Source: Patescibacteria group bacterium (lineage in GTDB: Bacteria; Patescibacteriota; Patescibacteriia; Patescibacteriales; UBA12465). From it: 64,000 bases of DNA. Below, in pieces: positions 1 through 8,353 of the stretch (position 1 is its first letter; each line of letters opens with the position of its first letter). The position numbers and the translations under genes are program-made. The stretch covers positions 723,913-787,912 of the forward strand of contig JBAZKQ010000001.1 of NCBI GenBank assembly GCA_041650715.1. The letters are read 5' to 3'. Below the pieces are notes generated by a model that worked only from the letters and a program-made list of their open reading frames with translations, did not search any database and had not been told where the DNA came from.

Positions 1-446
1 CTCAAGCTTTCCCGAATTTTGGTGTCGAGCGCACAGGCGCTCCGATACAATCTTTCGCGCGCATTAGCCGCGAACCGATTATTACCCGCGAACAAATTTA
101 TGAACCCACAATCTTGATTATTCAGGACTCGACTCTGCTCGACACGGTTGATGTTTTCGCCGGTTGCTCGAAAGATACGCTCGTGATTATTAATGCCACG
201 GAAAATAAATGGCCAAAATTAACCGCTAAATTTAAAAAACTATATCTCGCCGGCGCCACCGAAATCGCCTTGGAAATTTTCGGAAAAAATATCGTTAATA
301 CGATTATTCTCGGCGCTCTGGCTAAACACAGCCAGCTCGTCAGTCTAAACTCTCTCCAAAAAGCCATCACCGAAAAATTTAAAGATAAAGGCGAAGCGCT
401 GATTGCCAAAAATATCAAAGCGATAAAAATGATTTATGAAGAATAA
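1..446 (+). CDS. porG: 2-oxoacid (pyruvate):ferredoxin oxidoreductase gamma subunit, 5' end cut by window edge
   Basis: The frame of ORF 114..446 stays open back to nt 3 (QAFPNFGVERTGAPIQSFARISREPIITREQIYEP...), which is PorG-like. It overlaps the downstream porD start by 11 nt. Confidence 0.8.
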   Translation, partial: QAFPNFGVERTGAPIQSFARISREPIITREQIYEPTILIIQDSTLLDTVDVFAGCSKDTLVIINATENKWPKLTAKFKKLYLAGATEIALEIFGKNIVNTIILGALAKHSQLVSLNSLQKAITEKFKDKGEALIAKNIKAIKMIYEE

Positions 447-711
447 AAAAATTAGTTTAATTACTGATCCCAATACAACTTTAAAGAATAAAACCGGGCC
501 TTGGCGCACCCAAAAACCGGTGACTGATTATAATACCTGCATTAGCTGCGGCTTATGCTCTAAAATCTGCCCAGACGCTTGCATCGAAATGAAAGCACAA
601 GCCGGTTTTAATAAAGAGAAGCCGGTCACGAATTATGATTATTGCAAAGGCTGCGCTTTGTGCGTGCATGAATGTCCGGTAAAAGCGATTAAAATGGTAG
701 CCGACTATTAA
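436..711 (+). CDS. porD: PFOR delta subunit, 2x[4Fe-4S] ferredoxin
   Basis: 91 aa with two CxxCxxCxxxCP motifs (CISCGLCSKICP, CKGCALCVHECP). Sits between porG and porA. Confidence 0.85.
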   Translation: MKNKKISLITDPNTTLKNKTGPWRTQKPVTDYNTCISCGLCSKICPDACIEMKAQAGFNKEKPVTNYDYCKGCALCVHECPVKAIKMVADY

Positions 712-712
712 T

Positions 713-1861
713 ATGGAAAATAAAAAACAAATCATGGAGGGTTCGCAGGCAATTGCGGCGGTTATTAATAATATTAACCCAGCCGTTATTTCTGCTTACC
801 CGATAACACCCCAAACTCATATCGTCGAAAAGCTCGCGAAGCTCAAAGCAAACGGCGAAGCCAACTATGAATATGTGCGCGCGGAAAGCGAGTTCGCGGC
901 CGCTTCGATTATCCTCGGGGCGAGCGCGACCGGTGTCCGCGTTTATAGCGCGACCAGCTCCCAGGGCTTACTCTTAATGGCCGAAGTCATTTTTAATATC
1001 GCGGGCATGCGCCTCCCGATCGTGATGACTTGCGCTAATCGTGCCCTATCCGGACCGATTAATATTTGGAACGATCAGAGCGATGTAATGTCTATCCGCG
1101 ACGCGGGCTGGATTCAATTATTTGCCAGCGATAACCAGGAAGCGGTTGACCTGCATATTTTGGCTTATAAGCTGGCCGAAAAATTAAATTTACCGGTCAT
1201 GGTCAACGTTGACGGTTTTATTTTAACGCATGCTTATGAACCGGTAGCAATTCCCGACCGTAAAACCATTAAGAAATATCTACCCGACTATAAAGCGGCG
1301 CGCGGCACTTATTTAGACCCTAATAATCCGGTAACGCTCGGCGCCTTTTTTACGCCGGCGCATTATTTCGAAACGAGAGAAGATTTGCATAATGACGGTT
1401 TAGCTGCCATAGGCACTATTAAAAAAGAATACCAAAGTTTAGTAAAAATTATCGGCCGCAAAAATAAAGATAATGGCTTAGTCGAATACTACGGACCAAA
1501 AAAGCCGGAAACGATTTTAGTTGCGCTCGGTTCGGTCGTCGGCACCTTGCGGGAAAGCGTTAAGGACAATAATAAGGTCGGGGTCTTAAAAATAAAAACT
1601 TTCCGCCCTTTCCCGGCCGCCGAAATTAATAAAATAATTTTACGCGCGAAAAATGTCGCGGTGATTGAAAAAGCCATTAGCCTCGGCCAAGCCGGCCCGC
1701 TATTTTCCGATCTTAAAGCCGCTCTCCCGAATAATAAATTAAATCTCAGTAATTATATCGTCGGGCTCGGCGGACGCGATGTCACACAAAAAATGATTAA
1801 GAGCATTATTGTGAGTGCGAAGAAAATAAATAAACAAACTAAATTTATCGGCAAAATATGA
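713..1861 (+). CDS. porA: PFOR alpha subunit
   Basis: 382 aa. The N-terminus (EGSQAIAAVINNINPAVISAYPITPQTHIVE) is typical of PorA. Starts 2 nt after the porD stop. Confidence 0.85.
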   Translation: MENKKQIMEGSQAIAAVINNINPAVISAYPITPQTHIVEKLAKLKANGEANYEYVRAESEFAAASIILGASATGVRVYSATSSQGLLLMAEVIFNIAGMRLPIVMTCANRALSGPINIWNDQSDVMSIRDAGWIQLFASDNQEAVDLHILAYKLAEKLNLPVMVNVDGFILTHAYEPVAIPDRKTIKKYLPDYKAARGTYLDPNNPVTLGAFFTPAHYFETREDLHNDGLAAIGTIKKEYQSLVKIIGRKNKDNGLVEYYGPKKPETILVALGSVVGTLRESVKDNNKVGVLKIKTFRPFPAAEINKIILRAKNVAVIEKAISLGQAGPLFSDLKAALPNNKLNLSNYIVGLGGRDVTQKMIKSIIVSAKKINKQTKFIGKI

Positions 1862-2691
1862 TTAAGTCTAAATTTAATTTTGCTAAACTTTCACTCGGCG
1901 TAATTTTCGGCCTGCAATTGGCCGCTGCCACTTTAATTTTTTCTTCCCCTCTTCCCGCAAGCGCGCAAACAAAGATTCAATCCTTAAACTTTGTGCCTCA
2001 AGTGAGCATTCCTAATTCCGAATTTAACGGCAGCGTTTCGGTGGGTAGTTACAACGATAAAACGGGAACAATCAGCAGCGATTTATTGGCTCGCTATATC
2101 AAAGCCTTTTATAATTACGGCTTAGCGGCAGCCGGAATATTGGCGGCCCTTATTTTAATGGGCGGCGGCGTACTCTGGTTAACTTCCGGCGGCGATGCCG
2201 GCAAAGTCGGCCAAGCGAAAGAATTAATTACCGGCAGTATCGTTGGTGTCGTCATTCTTGTCTGCGCTTGGGTGATACTAAATACGATCAATCCGAACCT
2301 CGTAAACTTACAACCGATTGAAACGACAGTTGTAAAAAAAATCGCTTATTGTTGCGACTCTAAACTTGGTAATGTCATGATGGATAAGGATGGAAATTGT
2401 CCGAGCGGGAAAGCTTGTGAAAACGGATTAACTTGTTTAAAAATGGACTCGACCAGCTATAGCTGCGCCGAAAATAGAATTTGTTGCCAATGCGGCGTCC
2501 ATTGCGTCGGCGGAATATGCCCGGATATTCTTTGTAAAAATGACACCACCGTCCAAGAATGTGATAATTGGTGCGAAAATGAAAAATATCTCGGAACCGG
2601 TTGGGCCTCGGCTTATTACGCCGGTGGAAGCAAATCCTATGAATGCAAAGCTATTCTCGGACTGATTGGAGTGGGCTGCGTAAAACAATAA
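1858..2691 (+). CDS. secreted T4SS-pilin-like (TrbC/VirB2-like) membrane protein with Cys-rich C-terminal domain
   Basis: Signal peptide (..PLPASA|QT). Two-TM hairpin core (AAGILAALILMGGGVLWLTSGGDAGKVGQAKELITGSIVGVVILVCAWVILNTINPNLVNL) is shared with ORFs 3591 and 4969. 16 Cys in the last ~110 aa. ATGA start/stop overlap with porA. Confidence 0.7.
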   Translation: MIKSKFNFAKLSLGVIFGLQLAAATLIFSSPLPASAQTKIQSLNFVPQVSIPNSEFNGSVSVGSYNDKTGTISSDLLARYIKAFYNYGLAAAGILAALILMGGGVLWLTSGGDAGKVGQAKELITGSIVGVVILVCAWVILNTINPNLVNLQPIETTVVKKIAYCCDSKLGNVMMDKDGNCPSGKACENGLTCLKMDSTSYSCAENRICCQCGVHCVGGICPDILCKNDTTVQECDNWCENEKYLGTGWASAYYAGGSKSYECKAILGLIGVGCVKQ

Positions 2692-2693
2692 AT

Positions 2694-3569
2694 ATGAAAA
2701 ATAATACAAAACAAAAATTTCTCTCTCCCGGTCATAATGCCTGCGCTGGCTGCGGCCAATTAAGCGCGGCTCAAGCCGTGATGCGGGGTTTAAATAAAAA
2801 TGTCATAATTGCCAATGCGACTGGTTGTTTAGAGGTAACCACAACTGCTTATCCGCAAAGCGCCTGGGGTCTTCCCTGGATTCATTCTTTATTTGAAAAC
2901 GCGGCGGCCGTTGCGTCCGGTATTCAAGCGGCTCTGAATAAAAAAGGAGATAAGACAACTAAAGTTATCGTTCAAGCGGGCGACGGCGGAACTTATGATA
3001 TCGGCCTGGGACTCATCAGTGGCATGTGGGAACGCGGCGAAAATATTTTATATATCTGCTACGATACTGAGGCTTATTCTAACACCGGTATCCAGGCCTC
3101 TGGCGCGACGCCCTATGGCGCCGACACAACGACTTCTCCTGCCGGTAGTGCTTCTATCGGCTCCAACCAGCGGAAAAAGGATATGCTGGCCCTGGCTCTT
3201 GCTCACGGCCTTAAATACGCCGCGCAAAGCACGGCCGGTTTCCCCGATGATATTACAAATAAAGTAAAAAAAGCGCTCAGTATTCCGGGCCCAAGCTATA
3301 TCCAAATTCTATCGCCCTGTATGCCCGGCTGGCGCATAAATAATGACGAAGCGGTGATGATGGGCAAACTGGCAGCTGCTACCGGACTTTTCCCTTTACT
3401 CGAGTACACTGACGGCCTTTTAAGCGCTTCGAGCGTGAACGCAAATTTCATAGCCAAGCCGGTCGCTGAATACTTATTAAAACAAGGACGCTTCAAACAT
3501 CTAAAAGAAGAAGATATTGCCGCTATCCAAAAATTAGCGGATGCCAATATAAAGAAATACAAAATTTAA
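2694..3569 (+). CDS. porB: PFOR beta subunit (TPP-binding)
   Basis: Contains GHNACAGCG and the QAGDGGTYDIG TPP motif. I prefer ATG 2694, 3 nt after the upstream stop. The track start at 2643 would overlap ORF 1858..2691 by 49 nt. Confidence 0.85.
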   Translation: MKNNTKQKFLSPGHNACAGCGQLSAAQAVMRGLNKNVIIANATGCLEVTTTAYPQSAWGLPWIHSLFENAAAVASGIQAALNKKGDKTTKVIVQAGDGGTYDIGLGLISGMWERGENILYICYDTEAYSNTGIQASGATPYGADTTTSPAGSASIGSNQRKKDMLALALAHGLKYAAQSTAGFPDDITNKVKKALSIPGPSYIQILSPCMPGWRINNDEAVMMGKLAAATGLFPLLEYTDGLLSASSVNANFIAKPVAEYLLKQGRFKHLKEEDIAAIQKLADANIKKYKI

Positions 3570-3590
3570 AAGAAGAAGCCTAAATTTATT

Positions 3591-4961
3591 ATGAAAAAAA
3601 TAAAACATTTTTATATACTGTCTATTTTATTTTTTGTTTTATTTCCATTTTTTTTAGTTTCTGCTGATATCGCTCCAATGGGAAAGGTTAATAGTGCTGC
3701 TGATTTCAATGCTTGGGGCGGAGGCAAGTGCGTCTACTATTCGGGCGGGGGCTGCAGCTCGGGCCAATGGTTAAATAGTGACAAGAGTAATTGCGCCTGG
3801 GAGCCCTGTTGCAAACAACACTTGGATGGCTATCCCGCCAACGACTTTATTTATCGATTTGCGACTCTTAATACTCCTTGTGTTAGTAAGACCGGTTTAA
3901 CTGAGACCATAGAACCTGACCAAACAAAATGTGTTAATCCAAACTTTGACTGCTGCTGTCCGGGTGCTCCAATTATTGCGCAGCAAAGTACCGTAGAAGA
4001 AAAAAAAGCCATCTATACTCCTCCCGATTTGCAGGTGAAGATACCAGGTATGGAAAAACTGTCGACTATCAGTTGTGACGAAACCGGACAATGCGAAATT
4101 CCTTGGCTCGGGCAATATGTAATCGGTATTTATAATTACGCCCTGAGCATCGTCGGTATTTTAGCGGCCATTATGCTCATGGCCGGCGGCCTACTTTGGT
4201 TAATTTCGGCCGGAGATGCTTCAAAAATAACTCAAGCGAAAGAGCTTATCACCGGCAGCGTTACCGGCCTAATTATTTTGGCCGCCTCTTTTATAATTCT
4301 TGTCCAAATTAATCCTAACTTGGTAAATTTTAATGCCCTTAGTTTATCTTCAATCAAGCGAGTAGATCTCGGTGATGCCGCTTGGACCCCAATAGTTTCC
4401 ACTAAACAATCGGTTGCGGCCTATTGCGGCTGTGTTGATTGGCATACCTTATATGCAGGTTCTAATCTAAAATCAGCCTCGGCGATAAAAGCGAAATTAG
4501 CAGGTTCACCCTTAGAAAGTTATAGCGATTTAGTTGCTTCTGCTTGTCAGCAAACCCAAATTGATCCGGCTTTAGTTTTAATTATTTGGCGCGTTGATAG
4601 TATCTACGCAACCGCCGGTCCAGGAAAAAAGAACAACAATCCCGGTAACGTCCGCTGCGGTGAGAAAAAAAGTGGCAATGGCTGGACCTGCGTCGACAAC
4701 TTCAGGCATTATGATAATCTCGCAATCGGCATTACGGATTGGTTTGTCGTTGTTGGCCAAGGCAAGCGCCTGAGCTCAAGTAAGAATATTCGTGAATTAA
4801 TTAAAACCTATGCCCCACCCAGCGATCATAATGATACTCAAGCCTATATTAATTTGGTTATGAGCGCGATAGACTCCGCTCACGGCGGCCAATTAAAAAC
4901 GACCGACGGCAGTGCCGCTTCTTTGCAGAAATGTACCGATATAAATAGTACTTGCCCATAA
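3591..4961 (+). CDS. secreted pilin-like membrane protein: Cys-rich N-domain, two-TM pilin core, lysozyme/SLT-like C-domain (tentative)
   Basis: Signal peptide (FFLVSA|DI). Core IPWLGQYVIGIYNYALSIVGILAAIMLMAGGLLWLISAGDASKITQAKELITGSVTGLIILAASFIILVQINPNLVNF. The C-domain has QIDPALVLIIWRVDS...NNNPGNVRC, which resembles the lytic transglycosylase/muramidase helix plus NNxxN motif, with D in place of the usual catalytic E. Confidence 0.65.
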   Translation: MKKIKHFYILSILFFVLFPFFLVSADIAPMGKVNSAADFNAWGGGKCVYYSGGGCSSGQWLNSDKSNCAWEPCCKQHLDGYPANDFIYRFATLNTPCVSKTGLTETIEPDQTKCVNPNFDCCCPGAPIIAQQSTVEEKKAIYTPPDLQVKIPGMEKLSTISCDETGQCEIPWLGQYVIGIYNYALSIVGILAAIMLMAGGLLWLISAGDASKITQAKELITGSVTGLIILAASFIILVQINPNLVNFNALSLSSIKRVDLGDAAWTPIVSTKQSVAAYCGCVDWHTLYAGSNLKSASAIKAKLAGSPLESYSDLVASACQQTQIDPALVLIIWRVDSIYATAGPGKKNNNPGNVRCGEKKSGNGWTCVDNFRHYDNLAIGITDWFVVVGQGKRLSSSKNIRELIKTYAPPSDHNDTQAYINLVMSAIDSAHGGQLKTTDGSAASLQKCTDINSTCP

Positions 4962-4968
4962 GACTATT

Positions 4969-5997
4969 ATGAAAAAACTAATTTTTATCATCAGTTTCAT
5001 AACTATATTTTTTATTTTTTCCGCTCCCGCTTGGGCGGCGTGCTCTTGGGAAACGGAAATTACCACTACGACCTATACCGCTCTCGGCTCAGCCCCGGTT
5101 ACGTCTGTTTCGGGAGGCTGCATCGCTAAAAGCATGCTTAAGGATAGTGATACTAAATGTTCCGGGACTAAGCCGACTTTTAGCATCAACTCCGGAAAAT
5201 CGGCCGTTTGTTGCTGTGATGGCGATCTTGGAAGCACGGATAAAATGCCGTTATTTAATATTCCTGATTTACAAGTAAAAATTCCGGGTATGCAAAATTT
5301 TAGCCAAACCACTTGTATCCCCGGAGCCAGTGGCGGTTATTTTTGCCAAATACCATGGATTGGACAATATATAATCGGTATTTATAATTATGCCATTAGC
5401 ATTGTCGGTATTTTAGCGGCGATTATGCTTATGGCCGGCGGCTTACTTTGGTTGCTTTCGTCGGGAGATGCTTCAAAAATTAGCCAAGCCAAAGAATTAA
5501 TTATCGGCAGTGTAACCGGCCTAATTATCTTGGCGGCCTCCTACATAATTCTCGGTCAAATTAATCCCAATCTCGTAAATTTTTCGCCAACCGCGATTAA
5601 TACGGTGGCCGATGTCGAACCGCTTTCCAGCGACGGCAATATAAATAACAGCACCGAATGCAATAATTGCGTTTCGCTGCAAAGCGCGATACCTTATAAA
5701 AATGGCCACCTCATAAATAGTGATTTGAATGCTAAATTGGCAACCGCTTGGGCAAACTCGGGTAGCCTGAAGTGGAGGGTAACCGAGGCTTATCCGCCCT
5801 CAAGCATGCACAACAGCCTTTGCCATAATAACGGCATGTGCGTCGATATCGCTTTGACGACCGATAAGAGTTGCACTAATGTAAATAAATTAATCTCAAT
5901 TTTAAAAAACGCCGGCGTATCAGTTTTAAATGAATACACCGGCTGCGGCGGGACCCAGACGACTTATGCCACGGGCGGGCATTTACATGTCAGATAA
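4969..5997 (+). CDS. secreted pilin-like membrane protein with LAS/peptidase-M15-like zinc hydrolase C-domain
   Basis: Signal peptide (SAPAWA|A). The pilin core is a close match to ORF 3591 at both protein and DNA level. The C-domain has H-x6-D (CHNNGMCVD) and a terminal HxH (GGHLHV), the LAS metallopeptidase signature. Confidence 0.65.
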   Translation: MKKLIFIISFITIFFIFSAPAWAACSWETEITTTTYTALGSAPVTSVSGGCIAKSMLKDSDTKCSGTKPTFSINSGKSAVCCCDGDLGSTDKMPLFNIPDLQVKIPGMQNFSQTTCIPGASGGYFCQIPWIGQYIIGIYNYAISIVGILAAIMLMAGGLLWLLSSGDASKISQAKELIIGSVTGLIILAASYIILGQINPNLVNFSPTAINTVADVEPLSSDGNINNSTECNNCVSLQSAIPYKNGHLINSDLNAKLATAWANSGSLKWRVTEAYPPSSMHNSLCHNNGMCVDIALTTDKSCTNVNKLISILKNAGVSVLNEYTGCGGTQTTYATGGHLHVR

Positions 5998-6402
5998 CTA
6001 TCTCCCCCGATCCATTGCTTCGTTAGCCAGGCGATCGGCTTCCCCATTCCGCTCCCGCGGAATATGAGTATAAGAAATTTTCTTAAAATTTAAACTTAAA
6101 TTGTGAATAGTCAAAAACAAAGGCGCCAAGTCTTTGTTTTTTACTTTATATTCATGTTTTAATTGTTTGACGACAAGTTCACTATCTAAATAGCAATCAA
6201 GCTCATTAGCCTTTAAAGAGGCGGCTTTCTGAAGGGCGGCGATAAGCGCTTTATACTCAGCTTGATTATTCGTGGCCACGCCAAGATACTCGGAAATTTC
6301 TGCCACGAGTTTTTTGTTTTCGTCATAAATTACTGCGCCGATGCCAGCCGGTCCGGGATTACCCCGCGCTCCGCCGTCGGTAAAAATAATCGCTTTATTC
6401 AT
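5998..6402 (-). CDS. rnhA: ribonuclease HI
   Basis: 134 aa: FTDGGARGNPGPAGIGAVI...NNQAEYKALIAAL...SELVVKQL...NGEADRLAN (DEDD RNase H motifs). Confidence 0.85.
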   Translation of the reverse strand: MNKAIIFTDGGARGNPGPAGIGAVIYDENKKLVAEISEYLGVATNNQAEYKALIAALQKAASLKANELDCYLDSELVVKQLKHEYKVKNKDLAPLFLTIHNLSLNFKKISYTHIPRERNGEADRLANEAMDRGR

Positions 6403-8224
6403 ATTTTTTTATATCAATCATTTTTAATTGCGGTTCACGCCGACCGTTAAAATCGTTCACTTCCAAATAATAAACCAAATCAACCCGATCGCCCACTTTA
6501 AATTCTTTATAACTGGCTGCTCCACCAAAAGCCAAGGCCCAGAAAGAGGACGCCGGGTGTGAAGCCGCCTGCGGATTAAACTGCGAGAAACGAATTTTAA
6601 TATGTTGATTATCGAAACCCATCGTTGTCACGTCATCCACGCGCAAATCATAGCTCACGAAACGGGGCTGCTGATTATTTTGGCCATAAGGTGCGAGCTT
6701 ACTGATACTATCAGCCAAATCAAGATTAATCGAAGAGAAATCCAGTTCCGCTTCGATTTTCAGTTTCGGTACCAGTTTACTTTTATCAACTGTTGTTTCG
6801 GCTAATTGCTGGATTTCCGTAACGAATTTATTTAATTTTTCTTCTGACTTTATAGAAAACCCGCAGGCCATCGGATGGCCGCCGAACTTATCAAGATTAG
6901 CGGAGCACGCTTCAATCGCGTGGATTAGGTTTAATTCTTCAACGGAACGTCCGGAACCTTTAAAGGCGACTTTCTTTGGCACGAGCTTCTTCGCAACGGG
7001 ATCAAACTCCGCCGCCTCAATTAAACGGGTAATGATTAAAGTTGGTCGATAATATTTTTCCGTAATTTTTCCGGCCACGAGTCCGATTACGCCTTCATTC
7101 CAAACCTCGTCTTCACCGGCGATACCGACAATTAAATTAGGCAGATTATTCTTATCAATCTGCTTTTCAACCGCTGCAATTATTTCCTCGGTGATTTGCT
7201 GGCGACTAATATTGCGTTGATTTAACTCGGCTGCCAGCCCTTGTGCCTCGCTCTCGTCAGTCGTCGTGAGCAGGGCGAAGGCGCTATTAGCATGGCTCAG
7301 ACGGCTTGCCGCGTTTAGGCGCGGCCCGATTTGCCAGCCAATATTCCAAGCCTCAAGCGGTCGCCCGCTATTTATTTTTGAAACTTTAATTAATTCGTTT
7401 AAGCCTAAGCGCTTACTGGTATTTAGAATTTTTAAACCGCTTTTAACGAGCAAGCGATTTTCTCCGAGTAAGCTGACCATATCGGCTACGGTTCCGACTG
7501 CCACTAAGTCCAAACTTTTATCGAGAATTAATTGTTTTTGCTTATCCGGCAAACTGGCTTTAGTTAAAAGAGCGCTAATTAATTTGAAAGCGACGCCAAC
7601 GCCGGCTAAATACGGCCAAGGATAATTATCGCTTTTATCCGCCGGATCGATATACAAACAATCAGGCGCGTCTTTCGGATCTTCCGGCAAGACGTGGTGA
7701 TCAGTCACAATAATTTCCAAGCCCTTACTTTTGGCGTAAGCAATTTCTTCATGATTGCGAATCCCGTTATCAACGGTTATGAGCAATTTAAAACCTTGGG
7801 CGACAATTTGATTAATCGCAACTTTATTCAAGCCGTAGCCCTCACTGACTCGATCCGGCAAATAGACTTCGGCGTTTGCGTGTAAAATCTTTAAAGTCTC
7901 CAGAAGGATAACGGAAGAGGTAACGCCGTCAGCGTCATAATCGCCGTACACAACTATCGGGCTGCCTTTTTTTATGTGGCTGATAATCAAATCGACTATC
8001 TGGGCCATGTGCTTAAATAAAAATGGATCGTAGAAAGCGTGTTCCGCGTTTTCCCCGATTACTAAAACTTTATCCGGCGAGAGTTCGCTATCTAAAAAAG
8101 CTTTAATATCAACTTTATTTTTCAAATCGCGATTATAAAGCAATTGCAAAAGCACCGGATTAATCTCCGGGTACTGAGCAAAAAATTCACTCGTGGCGGC
8201 AGGTGCGATTAGCCATTCCTTCAT
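6395..8224 (-). CDS. recJ: single-stranded-DNA-specific exonuclease RecJ
   Basis: 609 aa with DHH family motifs (VVYGDYDADGVTSS, ITVDNG, VTDHH) and DHHA1-like GGHPMACG. Confidence 0.9.
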   Translation of the reverse strand: MKEWLIAPAATSEFFAQYPEINPVLLQLLYNRDLKNKVDIKAFLDSELSPDKVLVIGENAEHAFYDPFLFKHMAQIVDLIISHIKKGSPIVVYGDYDADGVTSSVILLETLKILHANAEVYLPDRVSEGYGLNKVAINQIVAQGFKLLITVDNGIRNHEEIAYAKSKGLEIIVTDHHVLPEDPKDAPDCLYIDPADKSDNYPWPYLAGVGVAFKLISALLTKASLPDKQKQLILDKSLDLVAVGTVADMVSLLGENRLLVKSGLKILNTSKRLGLNELIKVSKINSGRPLEAWNIGWQIGPRLNAASRLSHANSAFALLTTTDESEAQGLAAELNQRNISRQQITEEIIAAVEKQIDKNNLPNLIVGIAGEDEVWNEGVIGLVAGKITEKYYRPTLIITRLIEAAEFDPVAKKLVPKKVAFKGSGRSVEELNLIHAIEACSANLDKFGGHPMACGFSIKSEEKLNKFVTEIQQLAETTVDKSKLVPKLKIEAELDFSSINLDLADSISKLAPYGQNNQQPRFVSYDLRVDDVTTMGFDNQHIKIRFSQFNPQAASHPASSFWALAFGGAASYKEFKVGDRVDLVYYLEVNDFNGRREPQLKMIDIKKYE

Positions 8225-8245
8225 GAGGATATGTGAAAAAAATTA

Positions 8246-8344
8246 TTAATAAAACATGGAACTAAAAGTCCAAGCGAGCATTGAGACAACCACAATCAGC
8301 GAAATTATCGTCCATAAGACTTTGGCGATTTTTTTCTTTTTCAT
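8246..8344 (-). CDS. possible 32-aa small membrane protein (below ORF-track cutoff)
   Basis: My own translation: MKKKKIAKVLWTIISLIVVVSMLAWTFSSMFY. It has a Lys-rich N-terminus plus one hydrophobic helix and fills the lepA-recJ gap. No clear SD. Confidence 0.3.
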   Translation of the reverse strand: MKKKKIAKVLWTIISLIVVVSMLAWTFSSMFY

Positions 8345-8353
8345 ATTATCTTT

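Noticed and set aside
2643-2693. Track start for porB at 2643 (extra MQSYSRTDWSGLRKTIN).
   Set aside because: It would overlap the upstream pilin-like ORF by 49 nt. ATG 2694 lies 3 nt after that ORF's stop and gives a normal PorB N-terminus.
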